From an uncultured Actinomycetes bacterium (GTDB lineage Bacteria; Actinomycetota; UBA4738; HRBIN12), in NCBI GenBank assembly GCA_963734685.1, contig CAVTIC010000001.1, positions 1,102,421 to 1,166,420 on the forward strand: DNA of 64,000 nucleotides, written 5' to 3'. The notes beneath the pieces were generated by a model. It was given only the letters and a program-made list of their open reading frames with translations, had not been told where the DNA came from and did no database searches. Position 1 is the stretch's first letter; each line of letters begins with the position of its first letter. The position numbers and the translations under genes are program-made. This document shows, in pieces, positions 50,252 through 59,226 of this stretch.

Positions 50252-51061
50252 CTAGCCCTCCAGCAGCAGACCCCGGCGTCTGCGCACCCGGCGGTCGAGC
50301 CGGTTGAAGACCAGATACTCGACGAGCACGCCGATGACGACGATCACCGCGACCACGGCGGCGAGCGCCGCCACGTCGTCGGCATCCCGCGCGAGCAGGT
50401 GTCCGAGCCCGACGGCTCCGACGGCCGCGATGATGAGCTCGGCGGCCATCAGGGCCTTCCACGCGAATCCCCAGGCCTGTTGGAGGCCTGCGATGAACCC
50501 CGGCAGCGCGGCGGGCAGGATCACCTCGCGGTAGAGGGTCCAGCCGGTCGCGCCGAGCGTGCGGCCCGCCCGGCGGAGGATCGGCGGCACCTGTCGCATC
50601 GCCGACATGGTCCCGAGGGTCACCGACGGGAACGAGCCGACGATCGTCACGAAGACGACCGCGCGCTCGGTAGCCCCGAACCAGATCACGGCGATCGGCA
50701 CCCACGCGACGAACGGCACGATCTGCAGGGCGACGACGATCGGGCGGAGCGACCGGCGCGCGAACTCGTTCAGCGCGAACCCTACGCCGAGCAGGGTGCC
50801 GATCGCGACGGCGAGCGCGAAGGAGACGACGAGTCGGATCAGGGTCTTCAGCGTGGCTTCGGGGATCGTGCCGTCGGCCATGCCGTCGAGGAACGCCCGC
50901 CAGGTATCGAGAGGCGAGGGCACGCCGGCGCTCGATGTGACCGCGGCCACGAGCGCCCACACAGCGATCAGCCCGATGATGCCTGCGAGCGGCGGGCCGA
51001 TCTCGTGCGCGACGCGGCTCGTCGTGGAGGCGGGCACGTCGGTCGTGGTCGCCGCGCTCAT
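50252..51061 (-). CDS. ABC transporter permease, NitT/TauT family (SsuC/TauC-like)
   Basis: 269 aa, 6 TM; EAA-like loop 'ILRRAGRTLGATGWTLYREVILPAALPG'; start ATG 51061 found by residue count. Confidence 0.8.
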   Translation of the reverse strand: MSAATTTDVPASTTSRVAHEIGPPLAGIIGLIAVWALVAAVTSSAGVPSPLDTWRAFLDGMADGTIPEATLKTLIRLVVSFALAVAIGTLLGVGFALNEFARRSLRPIVVALQIVPFVAWVPIAVIWFGATERAVVFVTIVGSFPSVTLGTMSAMRQVPPILRRAGRTLGATGWTLYREVILPAALPGFIAGLQQAWGFAWKALMAAELIIAAVGAVGLGHLLARDADDVAALAAVVAVIVVIGVLVEYLVFNRLDRRVRRRRGLLLEG

Positions 51062-51900
51062 CGGTCGCTCCCTTCTGCCCTCGCGCGACCGACTTCGCGC
51101 ATGAGCAGCTCGTGCACATCGGAGACGACGCGCGCCACGAGGACGTCGTCGAGCTGACGGGGTCGTGGCGCGCCGATGCGCACTTCCTCGAGCAGCCGGC
51201 CGGGCGCGGCCGACATCACCAGCACGCGATCGGCCAGCAACGCGGCCTCGCGCACGTTGTGCGTGACGAAGACGAAGGTCTTTCGCCCCCCTCGTTCGAG
51301 CCACACCCGCTGCACCTCGTCCTGCAGCAGCTCGCGCGCCTGCGCGTCGAGCGCCCCGAACGGCTCGTCGCCGAGCAGCACGTCGGGCTCGGTGGCCAAG
51401 GCCCGGGCCAGCTGGGCACGCTGGCGCATCCCCGCCGACAGCTCGTGCGGCTGCACGTCGGCCGATCGTTCCAACCCGACGTTGGCGAGCCATCGACGGG
51501 CCAGGTCGCGGCGCCGGTCTGCGGGGGTGCCGGTGAGCTTCAGGGCCAGCTCCACGTTGCCCGCCACCGACAACCACGGGAACAGGGCCGGTTCCTGGAA
51601 GAGCACGGCGCGGTCGGGTCCGGGGGCGGTGATCGGCCGCCCCTCGAGGAAGGCCGTGCCCGAGGTCGGCACGTCGAGGCCCGCGAGGACGTTCAGGATC
51701 GAGGTCTTGCCGCACCCCGACGGGCCCAACAGGCAGACGAACTCACCGACGCCGACGTCGAAAGACACGTGGTCGACCGCGGTGACCAGGGCCCCGCTGG
51801 TGGCGCGTCGGGTCTTCACCAGGTCGCGCACCGACAGCTTCGGCGGTCCCCCCTCGGGTAGGGGCGCCGGGCGCACCTCGCTCGTCACCAGGTCGCTCAT
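51058..51900 (-). CDS. ABC transporter ATP-binding protein, NitT/TauT family (SsuB/TauB-like)
   Basis: Walker A 'GPSGCGKTS', signature 'LSAGMRQRAQLARAL', Walker B 'LLGDEPFGALD'. Confidence 0.85.
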   Translation of the reverse strand: MSDLVTSEVRPAPLPEGGPPKLSVRDLVKTRRATSGALVTAVDHVSFDVGVGEFVCLLGPSGCGKTSILNVLAGLDVPTSGTAFLEGRPITAPGPDRAVLFQEPALFPWLSVAGNVELALKLTGTPADRRRDLARRWLANVGLERSADVQPHELSAGMRQRAQLARALATEPDVLLGDEPFGALDAQARELLQDEVQRVWLERGGRKTFVFVTHNVREAALLADRVLVMSAAPGRLLEEVRIGAPRPRQLDDVLVARVVSDVHELLMREVGRARAEGSDR

Positions 51901-51910
51901 GCTCGCGTCC

Positions 51911-52120
51911 TCATCGGAGCCGGAACTTCTCGGCCATCTCGATCTGCACGACCTTCCCGTCCTGGATCACCAACACCACCGTGCCGTAGTTGATGCGCCG
52001 CACGATGTCGGCGACCCTCGCGAGCACGAGGCGCTCCTCCTCGGAGAGCGAGAGTGCCTCGAGCTGCTCATCGGCGGTGGCCCCGGCGGGGTTCGTCTCG
52101 GTCGTGGGTTCGTCGGTCAC
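51911..52120 (-). CDS. DUF2292 (YezD-like) small protein, copy 1
   Basis: 69 aa; 'INYGTVVLVIQDGKVVQIEMAEKFRL' matches the YezD/DUF2292 core. Confidence 0.6.
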   Translation of the reverse strand: MTDEPTTETNPAGATADEQLEALSLSEEERLVLARVADIVRRINYGTVVLVIQDGKVVQIEMAEKFRLR

Positions 52121-52159
52121 GGTCGGAGTCTACGCCGGGCCTTTCCGCCGGCCCGGCGC

Positions 52160-53431
52160 TCACGTGGCGTAGAAGAAGCCGGTCGCCAGGAGCGCGATCG
52201 GCACGAGGAACAGGGTGCCCACGAACAGCGCAAGGCGTCGGTTGCTCACCACCAGGTAGTCGTCGAGACGCAGCACGGACCGCTGCACGGGCTTGTAGAC
52301 GAAGGCCAGGATGAACAGCGACACGATCGTGACGCCGATCGCCTCGGCGAGCACGACCTGCGCGGCGTCTGGGGTCGGTTGCAGCATCGCGACGACGAGC
52401 GTGTCGGCGAGCGTCGTGATGTTGGCACCCATGATGTAGGGGAGCGCTTCCTCGCGCTTCACGAGGCCCTTCGCGGCCAGCGGCACCAACACCGTGAGCG
52501 CCACCGACACCGACAGCGTCAACGTGGCGACGATGCAGCCGAGGAAGAACATCGTCCAGGGGTGCTTCAGCCACGCGGCGCGCTTGCTCGCCGTCGCGTC
52601 GCTGCTGACCTGCGGCAAGACGCGGTCGATCAGGTTGAACGACACGAGGATCGCGCCGAGGCCGATCAGGAACAACGACCAGCCCGGGACGCGCGCCGCC
52701 GTGAAGTCGACGATCGGGCCCCAGAGCTTGCCGAGCACCGCGTCGAGCTTCCCCGACGCGTGGAGGTCGAAGCCGTCGAGCCAGCCGGCGCGGATGATCG
52801 CGTAGCCGATCAGCATGCCGGGCAGGTAGACGATCGCCGTCATCGTCATCGCCTGGATGCCGATGCCGATCGAGGCGCTCCGCCCACCGTTCGTCGAACC
52901 GTTCGAACCGTTGCTCACCCCGGACGCGATCTGCGCCTTGGCCTGCTTCGTCGCGTACAGGAACCCGGTGAGCAGCACGATGAACGAGGCGCCCAGGCGG
53001 GAGCCCGAGAGCATCGTGAACGCCTGCAGCTTCGTGAGGGTGCCGGCGCCGAACAGGCTGATCGCGGTTGCGGCGACCGGCGATCCGGAGAGCACGAAGT
53101 ACGCGCCGAGCCACCCGGCGCCCAGCGTTGAGATGCCGTTGGCGAACGGGAACTGGCCCTCGATCTGGGGGCCGACGGCGGCGGCACCCTCCTTCATCAG
53201 CTGCACCGCGAGGATGAACATGAACATCGCCGGCACGAAGAGCAGCAGCTTCGTCGCGATGTCCCACCGCGAGCGCGGTGCCTCGAACGGCCCCCAGTCG
53301 ATCAGGTGGCGCGCCTGGTTCGCCTCGACGGGCACACAGAACTCGCCGTCGATCTCGACCAACTTCGCTTCCTGCTCGAGGTCGCGTTCGGACTCCTTCG
53401 ACCGCTTCGCCATCGTTCGGGCTCTCTCCAT
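52160..53431 (-). CDS. Na/Pi-cotransporter II-related family membrane permease (putative)
   Basis: 423 aa, about 10 TM; 'IMGANITTLADTLVVAML' resembles the PF02690 'GANIGTT' repeat motif; first-repeat 'SGSPVAATAISLFGAG'; true substrate unknown (sulfur-compound context). Confidence 0.45.
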   Translation of the reverse strand: MERARTMAKRSKESERDLEQEAKLVEIDGEFCVPVEANQARHLIDWGPFEAPRSRWDIATKLLLFVPAMFMFILAVQLMKEGAAAVGPQIEGQFPFANGISTLGAGWLGAYFVLSGSPVAATAISLFGAGTLTKLQAFTMLSGSRLGASFIVLLTGFLYATKQAKAQIASGVSNGSNGSTNGGRSASIGIGIQAMTMTAIVYLPGMLIGYAIIRAGWLDGFDLHASGKLDAVLGKLWGPIVDFTAARVPGWSLFLIGLGAILVSFNLIDRVLPQVSSDATASKRAAWLKHPWTMFFLGCIVATLTLSVSVALTVLVPLAAKGLVKREEALPYIMGANITTLADTLVVAMLQPTPDAAQVVLAEAIGVTIVSLFILAFVYKPVQRSVLRLDDYLVVSNRRLALFVGTLFLVPIALLATGFFYAT

Positions 53432-53818
53432 GAAACGGAAACGGCCGCAACGCCGGGTGGGGAGGTGGTTCCCCCTGTGCGTTGCGGCCTCCGGTCTTTC
53501 CGGTCAGCTGCGAGGGGAAGCGTACCCTCGACGTCCGGGGAGGGTCAACGGCCATCGGCCCTATCCCGCCTCGGCCGCATGTTGCATTCTCGTTGCGAGG
53601 AGGCGGGTGCTGCGCCGTTCTCCTTGACACTCCCGGTTCCAGCCGGTACTTCTGTCCGCGTCGCGCCGACCGGAACACCCGGAGGCGCTGCACTCGAAAG
53701 GCCGGTCGGGATCGCCATCGCGACACCCACCGCGCGAATCCTTTCGGTTGACCGGACCACCGGAGGCCGAGCACCCAGAGGCCACCGGCATATGGCCGGT
53801 CCATCGAAAGGAGCTCGG
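53432..53818. promoter_or_regulatory. 387-nt divergent intergenic region with a strong hairpin plus T-tract in the minus-strand leader, and a ~260-nt plus-strand leader before sbp
   Basis: 'GGCCGCAACGC-(25 nt)-GCGTTGCGGCC' (11-bp stem) at about 53443-53490; on the minus strand it is followed by GTTTCCGTTTC and sits 11 nt before the permease start codon. Confidence 0.35.
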
Positions 53819-54910
53819 ATGTTCATCCACCCCCGGCGAGGCACTCGCGCCTCCGCCCGATGGGCGCGTTCCGTCGCGCTCGCGCTCGTTCCCGTCGCGA
53901 TCTTCGCCGCCTGCTCGTCTGACGCAGGCGGCGGCGAGAACGCGACCTCGGCGGGCGAATGCACGCCTGCCGAGACGCCCGTGATCAACTTCGCCGCGTA
54001 CAGCACGCCGCGTGAGGCCTACGGCAAGATCATCCCGGCCTTCGTGTCGAAGTGGAAGGAAGAGCACGACGACCAGAACGTGATCTTCCAGGAGTCCTAC
54101 GCAGGCTCGACGACGCAGGCAGCGAACATCGTCGCCGGCTACCAAGCCGATGTGGTCGCGCTGTCGCTCGCCCCCGACGTGGACGAGATCGCCGACGCGG
54201 GACTGATCACGCACGACTGGACCGACTCGGCCGATGACGGCATGGTCTCGACCTCGGTCGTCGTCTTCGACGTGCGCCCGGGCAACCCTCTCGGCATCGC
54301 CGACTGGAACGACGTCGCTGCCGAGGGCGTCGAGATCCTCACGCCCGACCCGGCGTCGAGCGGTGGTGCGCGCTGGAACCTGGTTTCACTGTGGGGTGCC
54401 GCGCTTCGAGGCTACGCGGGCGTGACGAAGGACGACACGGCCGGCGCGACGACGCTGATGCAGAACGTGCTCGGCAACGTGATCGTCTTCGACAAGAACG
54501 CCCGTGACTCGATCCAGAACTTCGAGGCCGGCAACGGTGACGTGGCGATCACGTACGAGAACGAGGTGCTCACCGCGCAGGAAGCGGGCCTCGAGGACGA
54601 GGCCGTGTACCCGCCGTCGACGGTGCTGATCGAGAACCCGGTCGCGGTCGTGGACCAGTGGGTCGACGAGCACTGCGTTCGCGAGGTGGCCGAGGCGTTC
54701 GTGGAGTACCTGCACTCCCCGGAGGCCAAGGAGATCTACACCGACACCGGATTCCTGCGCTCGACCGACAAGAAGCAGGCGCAGAAGGGCGGCGGTCAGT
54801 TCCCGCCGATCGAGGACCTGTTCACGGTCGACGAGATCGGCGGCTGGGACGCCTTGAACGAAGAGCTCTTCAGCGACAGCGGCATCGTCACCCAGGCGAT
54901 CGCCGGCTGA
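53819..54910 (+). CDS. sbp: Sulfate/thiosulfate ABC transporter substrate-binding lipoprotein
   Basis: RBS AAAGGAG; signal plus lipobox 'AIFAACSS'; about 340-aa mature protein, the size of Sbp/CysP; followed by cysT, cysW and cysA. Confidence 0.8.
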   Translation: MFIHPRRGTRASARWARSVALALVPVAIFAACSSDAGGGENATSAGECTPAETPVINFAAYSTPREAYGKIIPAFVSKWKEEHDDQNVIFQESYAGSTTQAANIVAGYQADVVALSLAPDVDEIADAGLITHDWTDSADDGMVSTSVVVFDVRPGNPLGIADWNDVAAEGVEILTPDPASSGGARWNLVSLWGAALRGYAGVTKDDTAGATTLMQNVLGNVIVFDKNARDSIQNFEAGNGDVAITYENEVLTAQEAGLEDEAVYPPSTVLIENPVAVVDQWVDEHCVREVAEAFVEYLHSPEAKEIYTDTGFLRSTDKKQAQKGGGQFPPIEDLFTVDEIGGWDALNEELFSDSGIVTQAIAG

Positions 54911-54948
54911 CCGAGACGGTCCACACAGGAAAGGACCACGAGACGACG

Positions 54949-55812
54949 ATGAGCAGCGCCGCGCAGGTCACGCTCGAACGCAGTCGGACCCGGCTCTCTC
55001 CGCGGTCAGCTGCACGGCTGCGACGGTTCACCCTGCGCGGCGTTGCCATCGTCTACCTGGGTGCGATGGTGGCGTTGCCGGTGGCGGCGGTGATCACGAA
55101 GGGCTTCAGCGAAGGCCTCGAGGGGCTGCGCACCGCGCTCGCCGTACCGGGCGCGATCGCCGCGATCCGGCTCACCCTCATCACGTCGTCGCTCGCGGCG
55201 GCGATCAGCGCGGTGATGGGCACGATGCTGGCGTACGCCCTCGTGCGGTTCTCGTTCCCGGGGCGGCGCTTCCTCTCGGCGGTCGTCGACCTGCCGCTCG
55301 CGATCCCCACCCTCGTCACCGGTGTGATGTTGGTGGCGCTCTACGGCCCCAGCTCGCCGATCGGCGGCTTCCTCGACCGACTCGGCATCCAGGTGATCTT
55401 CACCCCGATCGCGATCCTGCTGGCGTTGCTCGTCGTGACGCTTCCGCTGGTCGTGCGCAGCGTACAGCCCGTGTTGCAGGAGCTCGACGCGTCGGAGGAG
55501 GAAGCCGCGGCCACGCTCGGCGCCGGTGGATGGACCACGTTTCGAAAGATCGTGCTGCCGGCGATCCGCCCGGCGATCGTGGGGGGCACGCTGCTGACCT
55601 TCGCGCGGTGCCTGGGCGAGTTCGGCAGCGTCGTGCTCGTCGCCGGCAACCGCGCGGGAGAGACCCTCACTGCCCCCGTCTTCATCTTCCAGCTCGCGAA
55701 CCAGTTCCGGCCCATCGAGGCCGCGGCGGTCGCGACGTTGTTGTTCGCCCTCTCATTCGTGCTCGTGCTGGTGACCGCTCGCCTGCTGCGACGGAAGGAG
55801 GCCGACGCATGA
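54949..55812 (+). CDS. cysT: Sulfate ABC transporter permease CysT
   Basis: 6 TM; EAA loop 'EEAAATLGAGGWTTFRKIVLPAIRPA'. Confidence 0.85.
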   Translation: MSSAAQVTLERSRTRLSPRSAARLRRFTLRGVAIVYLGAMVALPVAAVITKGFSEGLEGLRTALAVPGAIAAIRLTLITSSLAAAISAVMGTMLAYALVRFSFPGRRFLSAVVDLPLAIPTLVTGVMLVALYGPSSPIGGFLDRLGIQVIFTPIAILLALLVVTLPLVVRSVQPVLQELDASEEEAAATLGAGGWTTFRKIVLPAIRPAIVGGTLLTFARCLGEFGSVVLVAGNRAGETLTAPVFIFQLANQFRPIEAAAVATLLFALSFVLVLVTARLLRRKEADA

Positions 55813-56672
55813 AGACCCCCTCTCACGCCCCCGTCGGCTCCCTTCCCGGCGACGGTCGCCGGCGCCTCGTGCGCGGCGGGATCGTGACGGCGTGCATCCT
55901 GTACGTCGGCGTCCTGCTGCTGCTGCCCCTCGTGGGCATCGTGTACACGGCCCTGGAACCGGGCCTCGCGACGGTGCTCGAGACCTTCCGCCGGCCCGAC
56001 GTGCGGCACGCGTTCGTCCTCACGGGCGTGATCACGGTGATCACGCTCGTCGTGACGACGTTCTTCGGCATCATCACCGCGTGGGTGCTCGTGCGTCAGC
56101 GACGCTTCCTCGGCAAGCAGTTCCTGAACGCCTTGGTCGATCTCCCCTTCGCGCTCTCGCCGGTCACCGTGGGCCTCGCCTGCGTGATCCTGTTCGGGCT
56201 CGGCGGGTGGCTGGAGCCGTTCGTCCAAGCGAGAGGCATCCAGATCATCTTCGCGGTGCCCTCGATGGTGCTCGTCACGATCTTCATCTGCATCCCGTTC
56301 ACGATCCGCGAGGTCGTGCCCGTGCTCGAGGAGATCGGCAAGGACGAGGAGGATGCCGCGCGGACGCTCGGCGCCTCGATCATGCAGACGTGGCGGAAGG
56401 TGACCCTGCCCAACATCCGGTGGGGCATCCTGTACGGCGTCGCACTCACCACCGCGCGCTCGATCGGCGAGATCGGCGCCGTGCTCATCGTGAGCGGCCT
56501 GATCAAGGGCAAGACCGAGACAGCCACCTTGTTCATCTTCACGGCGATCGAAGAACGCCAGACGTCTGAGGCATACATCGTGGCCCTCACCCTGGCCGCC
56601 GTGTCGATCGTGCTGCTCGTCGCGATCGAGTCGGCCCGTCATCGCATCGAAGGAAGGAAGGTACGCACATGA
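55809..56672 (+). CDS. cysW: Sulfate ABC transporter permease CysW
   Basis: ATGA overlap with cysT; EAA loop 'EEDAARTLGASIMQTWRKVTLPNIRWG'. Confidence 0.85.
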   Translation: MKTPSHAPVGSLPGDGRRRLVRGGIVTACILYVGVLLLLPLVGIVYTALEPGLATVLETFRRPDVRHAFVLTGVITVITLVVTTFFGIITAWVLVRQRRFLGKQFLNALVDLPFALSPVTVGLACVILFGLGGWLEPFVQARGIQIIFAVPSMVLVTIFICIPFTIREVVPVLEEIGKDEEDAARTLGASIMQTWRKVTLPNIRWGILYGVALTTARSIGEIGAVLIVSGLIKGKTETATLFIFTAIEERQTSEAYIVALTLAAVSIVLLVAIESARHRIEGRKVRT

Positions 56673-57760
56673 GCACGCCGATCGTGGTGGAGCAGCTCAC
56701 CAAACGGTTCGGCTCGTTCGAGGCCGTGAGCGAGGTGTCGTTCACGGCTCCCGGGGGTGCGATCACCGCGCTGCTCGGACCGTCGGGATCGGGCAAGAGC
56801 ACCGTCCTGCGGATGATCGCGGGACTGGAGAATCCCAACGAGGGACGCATCTGGATGGGTGACATGGAGCTCACGCCCAAGAGCGTGCAGGAGCGCCGCG
56901 TCGGGTTCGTCTTCCAGCACTACGCGCTGTTCCGCCATATGACAGTCGCCGACAACGTGGAGTTCGGCCTCGCCGTGCGCAAGCGGCCGAAGGCCGACCG
57001 GAAGGCCAGGGTCGACGAGCTGCTCGAGCTCGTGCAACTCACGCACTTCGCGAAGCGCTACCCCGACCAGCTCTCCGGCGGTCAGCGCCAGCGGGTCGCG
57101 CTCGCACGCGCGCTGGCTCCCCGGCCCGACGTGCTCCTGCTCGATGAGCCGTTCGGTGCGCTCGACGCGAAGGTGCGCCAGGATCTTCGGCAGTGGCTGG
57201 ACGAGCTCCACCGCGAGCTCGGGGTCACGAGCCTGCTCGTGACACACGACCAGGAGGAAGCACTCGAGCTCGCGAACCAGGTCGTGGTGATGCACGAGGG
57301 ACGCGTGCAGCAGGTCGGGTCGCCCACCGAGATCTACGACGACCCGCAGACGCCGTTCGTGGCCGGCTTCGTCGGTTCGGCGAACGTGCTCCACGGCGTG
57401 GTCGAGGATGGCCACGTGCACCTCGGCGCGTTCCGGGTGCCGGGCGCCGAGCACCTCGCCGAGGGCTCGGCGGCGACGGCCTTCGTCCGCCCGCACGACG
57501 TGCGTGTCACGCCCAAGGGCACGAACGGCCATGGCCGCGACGGTGCGCCGCTCGCGATCGGTCGTGTGGAGCGGATCTCGTCGCTCGGGTGGCTGGCGCG
57601 GCTCACGATCCGTCTCGACGGCGACGGGAACCACACCCTGGTGGCGCATGTGCCCCAGACCGAGCTGGCCGGCGCGACGGTAGGCGACCTCGTGAGTGTC
57701 GACCTGCTCAACCCGAAGGCGTTCGATCAGGCGGAGGTCGGGGTCGTCCCCGAGGAGTGA
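56669..57760 (+). CDS. cysA: Sulfate ABC transporter ATP-binding protein CysA (with C-terminal TOBE domain)
   Basis: Walker A 'GPSGSGKST', 'LSGGQRQRVALARAL', 'LLLDEPFGALD', plus about 120-aa C-terminal TOBE-like domain. Confidence 0.88.
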   Translation: MSTPIVVEQLTKRFGSFEAVSEVSFTAPGGAITALLGPSGSGKSTVLRMIAGLENPNEGRIWMGDMELTPKSVQERRVGFVFQHYALFRHMTVADNVEFGLAVRKRPKADRKARVDELLELVQLTHFAKRYPDQLSGGQRQRVALARALAPRPDVLLLDEPFGALDAKVRQDLRQWLDELHRELGVTSLLVTHDQEEALELANQVVVMHEGRVQQVGSPTEIYDDPQTPFVAGFVGSANVLHGVVEDGHVHLGAFRVPGAEHLAEGSAATAFVRPHDVRVTPKGTNGHGRDGAPLAIGRVERISSLGWLARLTIRLDGDGNHTLVAHVPQTELAGATVGDLVSVDLLNPKAFDQAEVGVVPEE

Positions 57761-57762
57761 CC

Positions 57763-57981
57763 GTGTCCCCTCTGCGAGCCGTGGACGACGGCGAGGGTCC
57801 GCTCGGGCGGGACATCCCGGCCGAGGTGCTCCGGTTCGCCGCGATGCCGGCCGAGCAACGGCGGCTGTTGCTGCACGTGCACGACCTGCTCGGCGGGATC
57901 GCCTACGGCACCGTCGTGCTCGTGCTGCAGGACGGGAAGGTGATCCAGGTCGAGACCTCGGAGAAGATCCGCCTCAAGTAG
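57763..57981 (+). CDS. DUF2292 (YezD-like) small protein, copy 2
   Basis: GTG start 3 nt after the cysA stop; 'IAYGTVVLVLQDGKVIQVETSEKIRLK' is paralogous to copy 1 (51911..52120). Confidence 0.6.
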   Translation: MSPLRAVDDGEGPLGRDIPAEVLRFAAMPAEQRRLLLHVHDLLGGIAYGTVVLVLQDGKVIQVETSEKIRLK

Positions 57982-58081
57982 CGCGGCGGCGAGTCACGAC
58001 GCGATACGCGTGTAATCGGAGCGCCCAGCGTTCCTGCCACTCCGCGCGGTCGGCGGAGGCCCGGAAGTGGGTCGCCGTCGT

Positions 58082-58312
58082 TCAGTGACCGCAGGCGCAG
58101 CCGCCGCCGCAGCAACCGCCCTCCGCAGACGGGGCCGGGCCGCCGAAGCCGGTCGGCGCCGTGGCGCCGGTCGCGAAGACGGAGAAGAGGCGACGTACCC
58201 GGCCGCCGCCGCACGACGGACACGCGAGCGCGGTGTCGACCGCAGCGCCCATCGGGCGGCGCTGCTCGAATCGATGCTCGCAGCCGAGGCAGACGTACTC
58301 GTAGGTGGCCAC
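58082..58312 (-). CDS. FmdB family zinc-ribbon protein with Gly/Cys-rich C-terminal tail
   Basis: 'MATYEYVCLGCEHRFE...CPSCGGGRVRRLFS' FmdB CxxC...CxxC; tail '...EGGCCGGGCACGH'. Confidence 0.65.
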   Translation of the reverse strand: MATYEYVCLGCEHRFEQRRPMGAAVDTALACPSCGGGRVRRLFSVFATGATAPTGFGGPAPSAEGGCCGGGCACGH

Positions 58313-58339
58313 GGGGGGAGGATACCCGCAGCGTGGCCG

Positions 58340-59116
58340 TCAGGCGAGACCGGCCGGGTGCGAACTGGTGCGCCCTGCCATCCGATGGCCGACGGCCGCC
58401 GCCGCCTCCATCACGCGGCGTCCGAGCCCGGGCAGGTCGCGCGCCGGGACCCGGTAGCCGGGACCCGAGACGCTGACCGCGGCGACCGCCTGCCCGTCCA
58501 CCAGGACCGGCGCAGCGATCGTGACGAGACCCTCCTCGAGCTCGCCGTTACTCGACGCGTAGCCACGGCGTCGGACGTCGTCGAGCACGACTCGCAAGGC
58601 ATGCGGGTCGGTGATCGTGCGTTCGGTGAGCGGCTCGAGCCATCGGCGCAGCATGGCCTGGCGTGCTCGGGGGTCGCCCCAGGCGAGCAGCACCTTCCCG
58701 CTGGAGCTTGCGTGCGCCGGGCTGCGGCGCCCGACCCAGCTCGCCATGACCACCGTCTGCGCAGGCGTCACCTGGTCGACGTAGACCACGTGGAAGCGGT
58801 CGAGGATCGCGAGGTTCGCGGTCTCCGACGTCGCGGTCGACAGCTGCTCGAGCTCCGGCCGGGCGTGGCTGACGACGGGCAGGCGAGCCACCGCGGTCGC
58901 AGCGAGTCCGACCATGCGGGTGCCGAGTCGGTAACGCTGGGAGAGCGGGTCGCGTTCGACGATGCCGTTCGTGGCGAGCGTGCCCAACAAGCGGGAGGCC
59001 GTCGACCGGTGCACGTCGAGCTCGCGAGCGATCTCCGAGACCCCGAGACCGTCGGGGGCACCGCCCAGGGCGTCGAGCACCAGCACGACACGTTCGGCGC
59101 CGTCGGTGACCCGCAT
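58340..59116 (-). CDS. IclR family transcriptional regulator
   Basis: HTH 'LGVSEIARELDVHRSTASRLLGTLATNGIVE' plus IclR effector domain; start at internal Met (MRVTDGAE) found by residue count. Confidence 0.8.
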   Translation of the reverse strand: MRVTDGAERVVLVLDALGGAPDGLGVSEIARELDVHRSTASRLLGTLATNGIVERDPLSQRYRLGTRMVGLAATAVARLPVVSHARPELEQLSTATSETANLAILDRFHVVYVDQVTPAQTVVMASWVGRRSPAHASSSGKVLLAWGDPRARQAMLRRWLEPLTERTITDPHALRVVLDDVRRRGYASSNGELEEGLVTIAAPVLVDGQAVAAVSVSGPGYRVPARDLPGLGRRVMEAAAAVGHRMAGRTSSHPAGLA

Positions 59117-59226
59117 GTCGACCACCGTAGCCGATGTTGCCGCCACGGCACGCCTTGCCTTGTGCGGCTCCTCATTCGCCCGTAGCGTCCGCGCCGACCG
59201 CCTGGGCACAGAAGGAGGCACCGCGT

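Noticed and set aside
53560-53818. SAM-I/SAM-IV riboswitch upstream of sbp
   Set aside because: No convincing match to the conserved SAM-I core (e.g. UGGCCCGAUGA / GCAACC) could be aligned by eye. It is left as an unassigned structured leader.
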